A stretch of 64,000 nucleotides of DNA from Cirrosporium novae-zelandiae (GCA_026023565.1 JAPETS010000054.1:1-64000); one strand, 5' to 3'; shown: positions 1-12,639, counted from the stretch's first letter. The notes: generated from the letters alone by a model not told the origin. Numbers and translations: made by a program.

Positions 1-135
1 GTTGGATTGTTGGATTGTTGGATTGTTGGATTGTTGGATTGTTGGATTGTTGGATTGTTGGATTGTTGGATTGTTGGATTGTTGGATTGTTGGATTGTTG
101 GATTGTTGGATTGTTGGATTGTTGGATTGTTGGAT
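1..135. repeat. Perfect 8-bp tandem repeat (GTTGGATT)n, about 17 copies, open at the window edge
   Basis: Read directly; it generates the spurious LLDCWIVG-repeat ORFs at 2..217 and 7..411. Confidence 0.97.
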
Positions 136-872
136 AAGGTGGGGAGTGAGTATGGAGGAGAGAAAGAAGTGGAAAGTGAGCGGGGAAATGAATGGGAAAG
201 AGGTTGTACAATTATAGTTATAGGGATAGTCATGGCATTATCATTACCTTTGCATACCTTACATACCAGATATCTCTCACCCTCACCCTCTCCCCCACCT
301 CTCCTTCTCCCATATCCATCCTATTTCCCACCCTATTTCCCTCCCCCTCCCCTTTTTCTTCCCTTCCCTCCTCTTCTCTTCCCTACCCATTTTCAGATGT
401 TAATAACCTGACAGTTAACCTATCAGTGACTAAAAAGCAGGATATCCTTATCCTTATCACTATTATAGTGATCCCGTCTCACTAACCATCAAAGGGAATA
501 GGGAATAAGAAATAACAGATAGAACAGATAGAAGGGGGGGGGGGAGGTGAATATAATTAAAAAGTTATGATAATAGCAGTAGTAATAGTTAGAGCAATGG
601 CAGTAGCAAAGCCCTACCAGCCAACACGTATTCCCATATTCTCATATTCTCGTATCACCCATCACCGAAGGGAATAGGGAATACCGAGTAACAGAGGGAA
701 CAAACTAAACGGACACATACAGGTGAAAGGTAATCGAAGGATCTAAATTCGTAATTCTTAGTGGGAATAGAAATAGCCATACCGACCAACCAACAAAGGC
801 GTATTCCCATATCCCCCCTCATCCTCATCCCTTCACCCCCATCTCCCCCTTTCCCTTTTCCCACCCCCATAA

Positions 873-1622
873 TCACCCAACAAAAACCAAAGCCACCGCC
901 ACTGCAACCCCACCATCATGACTAATACTAACCAAAAACTCCCTCCCCTCTTTATCCCCATCCCCATTCCCATTCCCATCTTTCCCACCCTCATACTTCC
1001 CATCCCGTTTTAAAAAAACCCCATAAGGCATCCCACTATTAGGGCGGGTATGGATGGAAACGTCGGACCAGGAGGTGTGGGAGGCGTTTAGGGCTTTTCG
1101 GGCGGCTTCTTTTGCTGCGAATCTGGGTGGATGAATAAAAGGAGGTTAGGGAGAATGGGTAGATGGGGTGGAGGGGGGGGGATAAAAGGAAAGCAAAGAA
1201 AAGATGTATATAGCATAACACGCCAACATAAAAGACAAGTATAAAACACAAACACCTCCCCCTCCTCCTCCCTCTCAAAACCAAAAAAACCAAAAAAAAC
1301 AAGAAGAAAAAAGAAAGAAAGGTAGGAAATCTCACCTCCCAGCCAACCAAGTCGCAAACCCCTCCCCCTCTCCCTCTCCCTCTCCCTCTCCCTCTCCCTC
1401 TCCTTTCCCTCCCTTCCCTCCTTTCCCACCCCCACCACCACACCCATCCCACACATCCAACCTCCGACAAAACGCCCCAAACTCGACCCCAGGGGCACAA
1501 AATCTGCGACCGAATCTTAAGAGAGATTCTCGGGGGTGGGATTGGAGAAGTCGCTGGATGCGGGCGATGGCACAGATGTCGGTGCCGAGGGAGAGGGGAA
1601 GGGGGAAGGGGAGGAGGGGCAT
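873..1622 (-). CDS. PPT2: AcpS-type 4'-phosphopantetheinyl transferase (mitochondrial holo-ACP synthase, Ppt2/PptB-like); exons 1622-1336 and 1122-873
   Basis: Exon 1 reads MPLLPFPLPLSLGTDICAIARIQRLL...WLAG. A GTGAG..CAG intron joins it to RFAAKEAARKAL...VSISHDGGVAVAVAL. The AcpS motifs GxD, RFAAKEA and SISHD are all present. Confidence 0.9.
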
Positions 1623-2193
1623 TTTGTTGTGGGTTGTGGGTTGTGGGTCGGGGGGGTGGGGGTGTGGAGGGTGTACAGGGTGGGGTGTTGGTATAGTGTT
1701 GATATGGCGTAGAGTTAGAGGGAAGAGGTTGGATTGGACTGGATTGTGTTGTGTTGAGGTTGGGTGGTTGGTTAGTTTGTGGATCGGTGGATGAAGGGTG
1801 ATGGATTGGTTGATGGCGGATGAAGGGTCCGGTTGGAATTTTATCATTAATAATTGATTGTTATAATTGAAAGCTTTCTTGCATGTATTGTACAATGTAC
1901 GCTTTTCCGATATTTCTTCGAGTTGATGTTTGCAGGTTTCCTTATTTACAGGCGTTATAAAATTAAAGTTCAAAGTTCGTTTATTAACTACCTAAACGCC
2001 CAGAGTACGTCCTAAAAACAACGTAGCCTCCAATAATACATAGGGTATCGTATCCCAGTATGCTCAAGAAGTCAGCCATATTATGCCCTCTAAAAAGACT
2101 TTTTGTAGTTGATTGACGATAAGTATTTCCGTCTGTCTGCCAATTTTGCAAGCCTATCTTATCGTATCAGTTGGTATTCTTCCATCTTTCACT

Positions 2194-3241
2194 TTATTCA
2201 TCCTGGAGCAGCGGTTGTCGCTCACGATCTTCGCTGACAACATGCTGATCACGCCCGAACTTAAAGTCGCCAAATAACCCAGGTATGGCCACTGCAAGCG
2301 ACAAGAGAAAGAGTATGCCGAAGATGACAAAAGCAAAGATCCATTGAAGGGCAATAACCTTGGTAAGGAACTGGGAGAGGGCAAGGGCTGTAGCATGTAT
2401 AATTAGCTTATATTCTAAAAAATATAATATGTCGAATGATATTACCCAGCGTTAGGATACTCAAACAGAACCCCATGGTGTAATCCTTGTGGAGCATCAG
2501 GAAACTGAACCCGAATAGTAAAATGGTCCATATGAAGATGTTTGCCACAATCCTTGCAGCCAGACTATGAGCATTGGTGGCTGCTGCTCCATCCCAAAAG
2601 ATGGCAATAAATGTCCAAGCAAGAGGACCCGAAGTAACTGGAATATGAATCAAGAGAGGCATATTCAAGTAACGGTAATAAAGTGCTAGGAGGTTGGATA
2701 GGTTGATGATCAAAAGCAACTCGGCAACCCAAAAGTAAGCCCGGACCCAGAGCATGACAAACCCAAACAGGAGAAGGTTGTTGAAGATGAAATGGCTTCC
2801 AACATTGGCAGCCGAAATAATCCAGGCCTCGTTTGAAGAATAGAGATGCCACACATATCCGAGTTGAAGGATGAAGAGAACGAGCCTGGGAGTCATCAGT
2901 ATATGTAACCTTCAACGACAAACGACAACGATATTCCTTACCAGTACAGGCTTGTCACCACCGAGTTCATGGCAAATGGCGTATGATGCGCACTATTCTG
3001 TCCCCAGATGGTTCGGTACCCATGTTTCCCCTCATGAGTGTGTTTACCATCATCAGGAGGAGCAACGGTATAGTAGATGCTAATGATCACCAGCAGCAGC
3101 CATGAAAGAATGGTGCAGACCTTATAGGCAAGGATCGAACGAGGGCCATGCCTTTCTCTTTTCATGAACGGATTGTCTGAAGCAACAAGGTTAGTGGAGA
3201 ATTGCAGCTTGTTGACAGGGAAATGAAAACATACAGGCCAT
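2194..3241 (-). CDS. Fungal multi-pass membrane protein, DUF1774-like; 4 exons
   Basis: Spliced reading MAYNPF...RTIWGQN...SLYW / LFILQLGYVWHLYS...NVGSHFIFNNLL / ...KVIALQWIFAFVI...ERQPLLQDE*. Several hydrophobic segments and canonical introns. Confidence 0.75.
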
Positions 3242-3987
3242 GTTGAAGCAACAGGCACTATTCCTTCCTGAATACCTTACAAGTCTTCAAAAGGAGTTGA
3301 AATGGATTGGTATTTTTGTTGTTGTAGTCAGAATCAGTGAAAGGGTGGAAAAGTGAGACAATGTTGGAGGTTCAGTAGCTGGGCTTTATAGGTGCCAAAG
3401 GATGATCTTCCATGGTCAAGGGTAAAGGTAACAAGGTCCAAGATCCAAGGTCCAAAGAAGCACGGTCCCCGCATAAGTAGCTCCCCCCTCTTCCTCATGG
3501 TTCAATTGTGATGTATTTTGTACCGCATGGGACTTTCTAACCCTGGTATTCTGTCATTAATTTATGTAGGACTGGTGGCTCGTGACTGGCAATGTCTTTA
3601 TTAATTGGAAGGAATTGAACCATTTTGAGCTTTAGGGGGAAAATACTGGTCAGATCGGATAGCCAAGGTGCCATCAACTTACCATCAAATATTACCTTGA
3701 CCTTGGTGGCTTTTACTTGATTGAACTTGGACAGAAGGCACAGAAACGACTTGAAGCTATAGTATGATGCACGGACCGCGTCATTCCACTGACGCAACCA
3801 TCCATCCATCTGAGCCATCTGAGCGTCCGGGGAATCCTGGCATGTCTGCTGAATATTAAAGAGCCTGAGGCATCAATTTGCCACTTACTCTCCAAGTTAC
3901 TCCATCTACGTACGTTGTCCAACCCAGCAGTTTACGGACAATCAATTTTCTTACTCACATGGCTTCCTGCTACTTTTGTCCACACAA

Positions 3988-4635
3988 TTATTTCCCAAGC
4001 ACCTCATTCACAATCCTTACAACATCCCCTTTATATATATCTTTTCCCTGAAACTCTCCACTAGGTCCTAGCAACGCCTTAATCGCTGCATTCTTGTTGA
4101 CTTTGTCATTCCCAATCTTCATCTCCTCAATCTTCTTCACAACAATCTCCCTTAACTGTTCTGGCGCCATCACATCCACTTGACCAGCATACTCCTCCAG
4201 AACCGCAATCTGCGCCTGTTCTTTGTCTTTTAGATCGTCCCGATTAGCTGCTGCAAATTCTTCGCATGCGGTTTTCGACGCCTTTACTTTTTTGCGAAGG
4301 ACAAGGAGGAGGTCAAGATCAGAGCTAATTGGGTTGGAGGTTTTGTTTAGGTTGGTGGTTTCAGCGAGGACAGCGCGGAGGACATTTAATCTATTATAAA
4401 GAAAATAGTTAGGTCGACAGATTAAAGGATATCAAGATAATATCAATCGTTAACACTACCGATTCTTATCCTTGGCTTTGAGAGCTGCTTTCAGGTCGGA
4501 TTTTAATTTTTGGAGGAGGGGAGAGGCTGGAGGGGCATCAGCTACTGTAGAGTAGAGACATCGTAGGCATGGCCTATATGATGGGAGAGGGAGTCGGAAA
4601 GAGGTCATAAGACGTAGAGATGATCTGCTCGCCAT
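3988..4635 (-). CDS. AIM41: Mitochondrial YqeY-domain protein (Aim41-like); 2 exons
   Basis: Arg/Ser-rich presequence MASRSSLRLMTSFRLP, then LLQKLKSDLKAALKAKDKNR/LNVLRAVLAE...EFAAANRDDLKDKEQAQIAVLEEY, typical of YqeY. Confidence 0.85.
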
Positions 4636-5714
4636 ATTGGGGTCAATTGAGTTTGTATTTATTATGCTAGGCTAGGTGTGTTGTTGGTAAAAAAGAATTG
4701 AAAAAAGAGTGGAAAATGTTGATGAATTAATTGATTGATATCAAAGTCTCGCGGAGGTTGCGGAGCTTGAGCTCAGAAGCCCTGGCTTTTTGCGCCAGTC
4801 TTAGGCTTAGTTGTTTTCGGTTTAGTTCAATTGAAAATCCGGGGAGAGCTATTTTGGGTAAGATATCACTATTTTCATATTGCATATTCGAATGTTGATG
4901 TAGACAAAACATAAAAACTATACACTAGCAGGCTTGGTAGTGCAATGTGTCTATTCAGCTCCTCATCTAGTAACGATACCTTCCAAATATGAAATTCCAG
5001 TTTTTCTTAGATCTTCGGTGCCTTAGAAATTTTTATATACCTACAGTTAGGGCTCTTCACCCTCTGGAGGGAAGGATATTAATAATGTCAAGTTAAGATT
5101 GATTCGAGCGTGGCAGTTAACTTTGTAGGTCTTACTACTACCTAGGGACAGTACCTAGGCTAAATGGTTCTAGTCATGCAATTTATCGACAATGACGGGA
5201 TTGACCTCACCTTTGGTGGAAATATCAAGCTCTATTCTGTGCTCTCCATCAAAGAGGTTGGGATAGCGGATCCTATTAACATTCATGTAGCAGGACGGTT
5301 GCCCAGTGAACATAGGGGAGATGTGGATGAAGTATAATATTATAGTAAGACATGAAACATGAGATTAAAGTTCACTGCTACATGCCATATTCCATTCATA
5401 TTTTTCAACATTGAATATTCTTATGGAATTTCGAACCTCTCTTACTTGGAAACCATCCACCCTGGCCTCAGATGTCGTGGCTAGCTTGTATTTCCTTTGC
5501 TAATATTGGGGGGGGGGGGGGGGGTTGTGTAAAATTGGTCCTAGAAAGACTGCCAGTTATACCCCTTATAGAACCATAGTGGTTCCTCTCATAATAGGCA
5601 CAATAGCGTCTGTATAAGCTGTGGAGTGGAGAAAAAGGGCATAGTCTTCTCAAAGCTCAAAAGAAAAGGTTGTGGATTGGTGAAAGTTTTCCAAATCGCC
5701 GGTAGGAATGTGCA

Positions 5715-5720
5715 ACGCGT
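5715..5720. promoter_or_regulatory. MCB-like element ACGCGT upstream of NUP170 (second CGCGT core near 5906)
   Basis: Exact hexamer about 430 bp upstream of the ATG. Short motif, function inferred only. Confidence 0.25.
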
Positions 5721-6145
5721 GATGTGGCTGGTATCCCTTCCGGGCCAGTCAATCAAAAGGATAAAAATATTCCCAGGACTCGGTTGTTATTTCCGAGAGT
5801 TAATATATCTTATGAAGGATTGATCATTATTGTTATTATCACCAAAATAGGTATACCATTCAATTAAAAGTCTTAGGCGTTGAAGAGGCGGAAATGTAAA
5901 TTGCCCGCGTCGCCAAAATGTGGTGCGGTCTGTGCGTTGAAGCTCTACAATGTTGACCAAGTTTATCTTCTACCATATACACCAACATTGATTTTACTTC
6001 TTTTCAGCTCCAGCAGAAATTCCTTTCCATTTAATCACTGAAATTATTAGATGAAGAGTCGCAGGAGGCGCTCAAGTCCCATTTGTCTTTACCTCATTTA
6101 AATTCCTCCTGAGCTCATCCCATCTCACATCGATGCTTGAAAAGC

Positions 6146-9100
6146 ATGTCCGCCGCCCTTCAAACTCCGCAAAGACCTGTGCCAGGTGCCTTTATGCAAA
6201 CTCCTGCTGTAAATAGGCAGCAACAACAACCTTTCCAACCCACTTTACATGGATCGCATCCCAATGATGACCCTTTTTCTCGCGACAATGCCCGTCGAAC
6301 TGCTACTGCGTCGGCCGTGCCGACCAACGCGATGACAAGATCTGCTGAAAATCTAAGTACTCGTGAGAGAGCAGCAAAGACAATCAATGAAACCTTGGCA
6401 CAAGATGGCAAATATCCAGAAATAGATACCTATCTTCCGCGTGAGTGTTCTGCCGTCTACTCCTAGGACTTTGCTAACAATTTTTACAGAAGGTTTCTCC
6501 TCAACGTATGATGTCTCTGGTTCCTCCGCCTGGGCGCCCTTCCAAAGGACGAAAATATATTCAATCCCAGACCAGATATTTGATCAGTATAACCAAGCGC
6601 AAGTGGCGACTATGATGGGACTTTTCGCAGAGCTTGGCCTTGCCTGGGTGACAATCGACAACGCCTTGTACGTCTGGGATTATAAACAGCCAGATCCGAC
6701 CCTCATCGGGTTTGAGGATCAGCCAAACACAATTACAGCTGTCAGATTATCTGTTCCAAGAGCCGGTGTATTTGTACCTACAATCACTCACATGTTGGTG
6801 ATTGCGACCACTTCAGAACTTTTGTTGATTGGCATGGCATATGAAGCCACTGCTGCAGGAGCCAAAAATGTATCCTTGTACCAAACTCATATGTCAATCG
6901 CGATTAGAGGAATGGATGTTAATGTTATTGGATGTTCGGATGCGACAGGGAGGGTTTTCTTTTCTGGACGGGGGGATGATGATGTCCATGAGCTTACTTA
7001 CCAGCAAGAGGAAAGGTGGTTCTATAATCGGTGTGGAAAACTAAATCATACAAGCAAAGGAATCTATTCCCTGAAGCCTACCTTGCCTTTTGGTCAACAA
7101 TCCCGACCTGAGCATATAATCCAAATGGTAGTGGACGACTCCAGGAATCTACTTTATACGCTTTCTTCGGCATCAACCATCAGGACCTTCCACATGAAGT
7201 CTGGCAACACGCTTGATCTCGTCATCACAAAACCTCTACCATCGATTCTAAGCAACGCAGGACATATGACACCACGGTCAGATCTCATCGCACCTGGCGT
7301 CACAATAGTGAACATTAGCGCTATTCCTGCGTCAGAAGCATCCAAGCTTCACCTTATGGCAACACTCTCCAATGGATGCCGACTATATCTCACTGCGACT
7401 ACTGTGTACGGATGGTCTATTCTCGATTCATCAAGTGCGCCGACTAGTATGCAGGTTCAGCACATCAAATATCCGCCGGTCATGGCTGGAGGATCAAACA
7501 TGGCGGTTGCCACCCGTCTAGCAGATAGATTTCCTCCCGGATACTTTCTCTGCTTCACGAATCAGGCCCCTGGAGCGGTTACAGATAGTGTTTTTCTATC
7601 GTCTCCGGATACTGGGCGCATAGCCGCTTCGTCACAGAATTTACAAGCTGAAAGATTCCCGGAGTCGGCCATCTGGCTTTCATTGGAAAGTCGTGCCGAG
7701 GATATTGGTCTCGAGTCGGGATCTTTTGCAGCTGGAAATATGCCTATTGGATTTGGAAACGAGCTTGCGGTACAGTTTGACAAACCTCCGACAGAGATTG
7801 CGATCCTTACCAACACCGGGGTCCACACAATCAGAAGACGACGCCTTGTAGATGTTTTTGCTTCAGCCATCCGTTTCGGTGGTGGCGATGAAGGTCTCGA
7901 AGGGGAAATAAAGAAATTTATCCGACTCTATGGCCGTGGAGAGACTATTGCTACGGCTCTGGCTGTAGCATGCGGCCAAGGTCTAGAGAGTACCCCCGAC
8001 ACAAGGATTGCACGGGTTAGTGATGCAGAAGTTCTAGATTATGCTCGGAGAACATTCATCGAGTACGGAGGAAGACCTTTTGTGGTGGAGAATAGCAATC
8101 TAGTTCCGGACCAGGCAGTTCCCACGGTTGACATGGTGCGGCCGTCCGCTCGCCATGATGGCATAGCAATATATTCGGCACGACTAGTTAGGTCAATCTG
8201 GAGGGCTCTTATCATCACCGAAATTATATCTCCGCAAAAGCTTGAAATCAACTCAACAATTAATATTCAAAAATTAAGAGACATCCAGCACGATCTTACC
8301 GTTCTCCAAGAGTTTTTGAATAAAAGCAAATCGTTTATCGACGGCCTTTCAGGACCTGATGAGATTCTAAGAGCTGCTACGAGGCAAGAAGAGGTGAGCC
8401 TGCAGGCTGAGCATCGTGCTTTAAAATCGTTGGTAATCTTGATTGGGGACATTATTGAGGGTATATCGTTTGTCCTTGTTCTCTTTGATGAAAGGGTTGA
8501 GGACATTATCCGAGCGTTGTCACTAGAACTACAGACAGAAGTCAAGTCTCTCACGTACGAAAAGCTGTTCTGTACTGCTAGAGGAAAAGACCTTGCAAAA
8601 GAACTTGTCAAAGCCATTGTCAATCGCAACATTGCAAGTGGCTCAAATGTTGATACTGTAGCCGAAGCACTTCGCAGACGGTGTGGAAGTTTCTGTAGTG
8701 CTGAAGATGTTGTTGTCTTCAAGGCACAGGAACAAGTTAAGAAGGCTTCTGAAGTAGGATCCGACACCGAATTTGGTCGTAATCTACTTAATGAAAGCTT
8801 GAGGCTGTTTGAACAAGTTGCGGCTAATATTTCAATGGAGTACTTGGAGGATGCCGTCCAAGAATATACATCAATGAGGTTTTTTGCTGGTAAGCTCAAT
8901 CTCAGTAGCATGACACTCATTTACTGACTGCTATTCAGGTGCTGTTAAGCTTGCTCTTGCTGTAGCAAAAGCATCAGACCCTGCGAATAAAGCTCTGGCA
9001 TGGATGAAGGAGGAACGTCAGGAACAGGTAACGTAATTTGGTACGACTACTATGAGTCTTGCTTAACTGGTTTTAGGATCCAAGGAAGGTCGAATACGAT

Positions 9101-10364
9101 AAGCGACGACGGTATTATAATCTCATACATCAAGTTATTGTTGCTGTGGATGAGGCTGCTCGACAAGAACCTGAGATGATCGATGGACAATACACCACAA
9201 TGGCCAGGAGAAAACAAGAGACGTATGATGTTGTGAATAACTCTGACGACGAAGTATTTCATACCGATCTGTACGACTGGTATCTCGAACAAGGTTGGAA
9301 CGATCGTCTACTCAATGTTCAATCACCCTACATAACAGCCTATCTCCAGATGAAATCGGTGGATGATGTCACTCACGCAGATTTACTCTGGAAATACTAT
9401 GTACAGAACGACTGTCATTACGAGGCCGCAGATGTTCAGCTACAGCTGGCCAAGAGCGCTTTCAAGTTACCCTTGGATCGTCGAATAGAATATCTAAGCA
9501 GAGCAAAAGCAAATGCTTCTTCATATTCTCTTGGCGTTGGCCGACAACCGCGTCAAGTCTTACTACAAGAAATATCAGATCTGCTCGATATGGCAAATAT
9601 TCAGGATGAGCTGTATCAGCGACTAAGGGGAGATACCCGGCTAACCGCTGAAAGTCGCGGTTCTGTTGAAAGGGGCCTCAATGGTCCGATTCTCACCGTT
9701 TCGGAGGTTTGTCTAGCCCTCATTATTCTTTACGTTCTATACTTATCATTACTAGCTTTATAACGAGTATGCTGATCAGGCATCATATTATGATATTTGT
9801 CTTATGATATATCAAGCAGCAGACCATCGAAATCCTGCTGACATAAGGTTAACGTGGCAAAATCTTTTCGAAAAAATCCACATGGATACTGTGGCAGCCG
9901 GTCAGCCTTTACCATATGAGGCAATGGCTGCACAGATCCGAACTCTGGGCAATAAATTAAGCTTATCGGAGACGACATTCCCCATCAATGACATTTTACC
10001 GATGCTCGAAAGGTACGCGTTTGAGTACCAACGAGCCGTTGGTCCAGCAACGTGGGTAATCGATCTTTTCCTGGAGTTGCAGGTACCGTATGAGACATTG
10101 CTGCCAATATTAGAGTCAATGTTTTACAACGACGAAGCGCCGTTTACAGGACCCAACCGGAGGGTTATTGCTGATGACATGATTTACGTCATTAGACGTT
10201 GGTTTCAGGATTCCGGGAGGGGAGGCGGGACATTATTTGGAAACGAAATCGCGACGGAACAGATCTTGGACATGCTTCAAATGTTACAGCAGAGCGGACT
10301 GGATGCAAACAAGGCGGCGGAATGCCAGGCGCTGAAAAATAGAATCGAGCAGCTAGTACGGTAA
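6146..10364 (+). CDS. NUP170: Inner-ring nucleoporin Nup170/Nup157 (Nup155 family); 5 exons
   Basis: ORFs 6137-6466, 6441-8927, 9146-9763 and 9804-10364 plus a short exon near 8939-9027 are joined by canonical introns. Motifs: MGLFAEL..AWVTIDNALYVWDY, GFGNELAVQF, LRRRCGSFCSAEDVVVFKAQEQ, RIEYLSRAKANAS. Confidence 0.95.
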
Positions 10365-11035
10365 TGCATTAATAACGATACATGTAGCCTTTTTTTTTTT
10401 TCAAAGCATTCTTTTTTTTTTGGTAGTGTTGGTGATATCCAATTGGTTTTTTTTTTGGGGGGGGGGGGCTCAAGAGGATTTGATTTATCTAGTCGAACAT
10501 AGGATTTTCGGATAGGACTTGAAAATATTTGTTCAACGTTTTATGAGGGGCTTGCAAAATGTCCTATCAAGTCGGTTAACCACCTCTTTATTAACCCCCT
10601 CACTCCCCTCCACCACCACCATTACCACCATCAAGTCCCTCCCTCCCTCCCTCCCTGCAAGGTCACCTCGGAAGCTGAAATCGATAATCTATGTTCAACT
10701 ACCTACCTAGGTATCTATCCGATGACATTTTTGTCACCCATTTAAAGGTTTAAGTCCTAAAACACTCCAGTCTAAAATCAACCAACTGTTCACCGGAACC
10801 ATCAACCGCAATCGTTCCTTTCTTTACATATAGTAACAGTCACCGTGACAAGCCAATCAGTCCCCTGTTAAAAATTCAATACTCCTATGGGATCTTATCT
10901 TTCTGTTAAGTAGATATTCCACTCACAATACACAGCACCTCTTCTCGAATCTGAATCCGGACCCGAATGGGTTTGTCGCGTTCTATTCCATTATATTCTA
11001 TTTCATTGCCTATCCATTAAGGGTTCTACTCAGTC

Positions 11036-11055
11036 CACACACACACACACACACA

Positions 11056-11097
<42 letters not shown>
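11036..11097. repeat. Compound microsatellite (CA)n(CT)n
   Basis: Read directly. Confidence 0.95.
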
Positions 11098-11098
<1 letters not shown>

Positions 11099-11340
11099 GT
11101 GTCTATCCATCCCAACAACCACACCACACCACACCACTCTACCGAATCTCCTCTTAAGCCAAACAAAAACATGCCCCCCATAAACCCATAAACTCCCCAT
11201 AAACTCCCCATTCACACCACATCCCCAACGCCAACAATACAGCCATCAAATTTCCCTCCTGATCTGATAAATCATCCCCGCCATTCTTTTTCTTCCCTCA
11301 TCCAGCCCCCCATCTCACTAACAGATGCAAAAAACAAAAC

Positions 11341-11349
11341 AAAAAAAAA
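11341..11349 (-). terminator. RNA polymerase III oligo-T terminator of the 5S gene
   Basis: T run on the minus strand at the 3' end of the 5S gene. Confidence 0.8.
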
Positions 11350-11467
11350 CATACAACAGTCGGGATTCGCTGGTCGTCACCGACCCAACTACTAACCAAC
11401 CGGTCTGGAAGTTATGTCTGGCAGAGCGGACGGGATGCCCAGTTCTTTCCAGCCTGTGGCCGTATGT
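11349..11467 (-). rRNA. 5S ribosomal RNA gene (dispersed copy, about 119 nt)
   Basis: Minus strand ACATACGGCCA...GGGCATCCCGTCCGCTCTGCC...TTAGTAGTTGGGTCGGTGACGACCAGCGAATCCC..TGTTGTATGT. The ends pair to form helix I, and a T-run follows. Confidence 0.95.
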
Positions 11468-11488
11468 AGTAGGTTATGGGTTTGAATT

Positions 11489-11496
11489 GATATATG
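11489..11496 (-). promoter_or_regulatory. TATA-like element about 22-29 nt upstream of the 5S gene
   Basis: CATATATC on the minus strand, at the position described for upstream TATA elements of dispersed Neurospora 5S genes. Confidence 0.5.
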
Positions 11497-11595
11497 TATG
11501 TGTTTTGGGTTTATTGGGAAGGGAAGGAGGGGGGAGAAGGGAATTTTTGTGAATAGGGGTTGATATAGTGATATGGAATATATATCATACGATAC

Positions 11596-11632
11596 CACAC
11601 ACACACACACACACACACGCGCGCGCGCGTGC
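11596..11632. repeat. Alternating purine-pyrimidine tract (CA)n(CG)n
   Basis: Read directly. Confidence 0.9.
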
Positions 11633-11901
11633 GATGTAGCGTGGTATGGATTAAGATCTCAACTCGAAAAAATCCCGAATTCGAATACCCCGCTATTTGG
11701 TAGTGCAGTACAGAGCGGGTTGGGGAGAATGGGAATGGGAATTGGCGTTGTAGTTTAGTTTGATGAGATATTGTTGTGGGGAGGATGTGATTTATATTTA
11801 TATTTATATTTATATATATGGGTAGCTATCTGGGTAGGAGATTGAGAATGATGAGGGGGGGTTCCTCTTGGTGTGGTGTGGTGAGTGATGATGGATAGCT
11901 A

Positions 11902-11948
11902 TAGTCGTAGTCGTAGTCGTAGTCGTAGTCGTAGCCGTAGTTGTAGTC
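11902..11948. repeat. Hexamer microsatellite (TAGTCG)n with degenerate end
   Basis: Read directly. Confidence 0.9.
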
Positions 11949-12639
11949 TGGATATTAATTTTTTTTTATTCAAAAGGAACTAGATATATAAGGTAAGTTA
12001 AGTTAGATGATGAGTTCGAACAACACAAGATCGCAACTATAACCGCCTGTCAAAGGGAGGAGGGGAAAGTGGAAGAAGGTGGTAGGGAGGGAGAGATGTG
12101 GGAGGATTTGCGTACATTATCATGTGAAAATTAACAAACTCGCTCGTGCTGGTGTTGGAATGGATGAACGGGTGGATCGTATAAAGTACAGTACCCGTAG
12201 TAATTACAGAATTGAAGAAATGACTATTAGTAGAGAATAGAGGAACAGGGGCAGAATGAGCGCATATCTCTATACTCTTCCATCTATTTAAAATAATTAA
12301 TTTATTCCCTCGATGTTGAACCCTCTCTTTCTATCTTTTCTGCCTTTCTTCTCGTCGTTGAAGACTACAGTCATCTGTCTCTAATATGCAAATTGCTGAT
12401 AGTATGAAATGTGATCATCCATCTGATCTTCCCATGTGAAGCCAGTGGGGCGGCTTTTAAACTGGCTTTCTATCCTGGTCTTTTTTTTTTACCACGGATA
12501 GGAAAGCTCAGCCAGGGAAGGGTTGTTGTTTGCAGTTGATGCTTCATGTGCAGCCAGCCAGCCAACAAGTATCTGGTTACAGTTTCCTGCTATTAGCTGA
12601 CAGCCCCTTCACGGCTGTGCGTCATTATATTATATCATA

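Noticed and set aside
1..135. (GTTGGATT)n as a non-canonical telomere
   Set aside because: At a left chromosome end the + strand should be the C-rich strand, but here it is the G/T-rich one. The unit is not TTAGGG, housekeeping genes follow directly, and similar microsatellites are common in this window.
2..876. Short ORFs with LLDCWIVG repeats or Pro/Gly-rich content
   Set aside because: Translations of tandem repeats and low-complexity DNA.
3537..3922. Overlapping 93-aa and 69-aa minus-strand ORFs
   Set aside because: No recognisable motif or splice structure; probably intergenic.
8267..8920. 217-aa antisense ORF within NUP170, and similar antisense ORFs in GLO3, the hydantoinase gene and the MFS genes
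   Set aside because: Shadow frames of real genes on the opposite strand.
11325..11552. 75-aa ORF containing TYNSRDSLVVTDPTTN
   Set aside because: Antisense translation of the 5S rRNA gene, a familiar annotation artefact.
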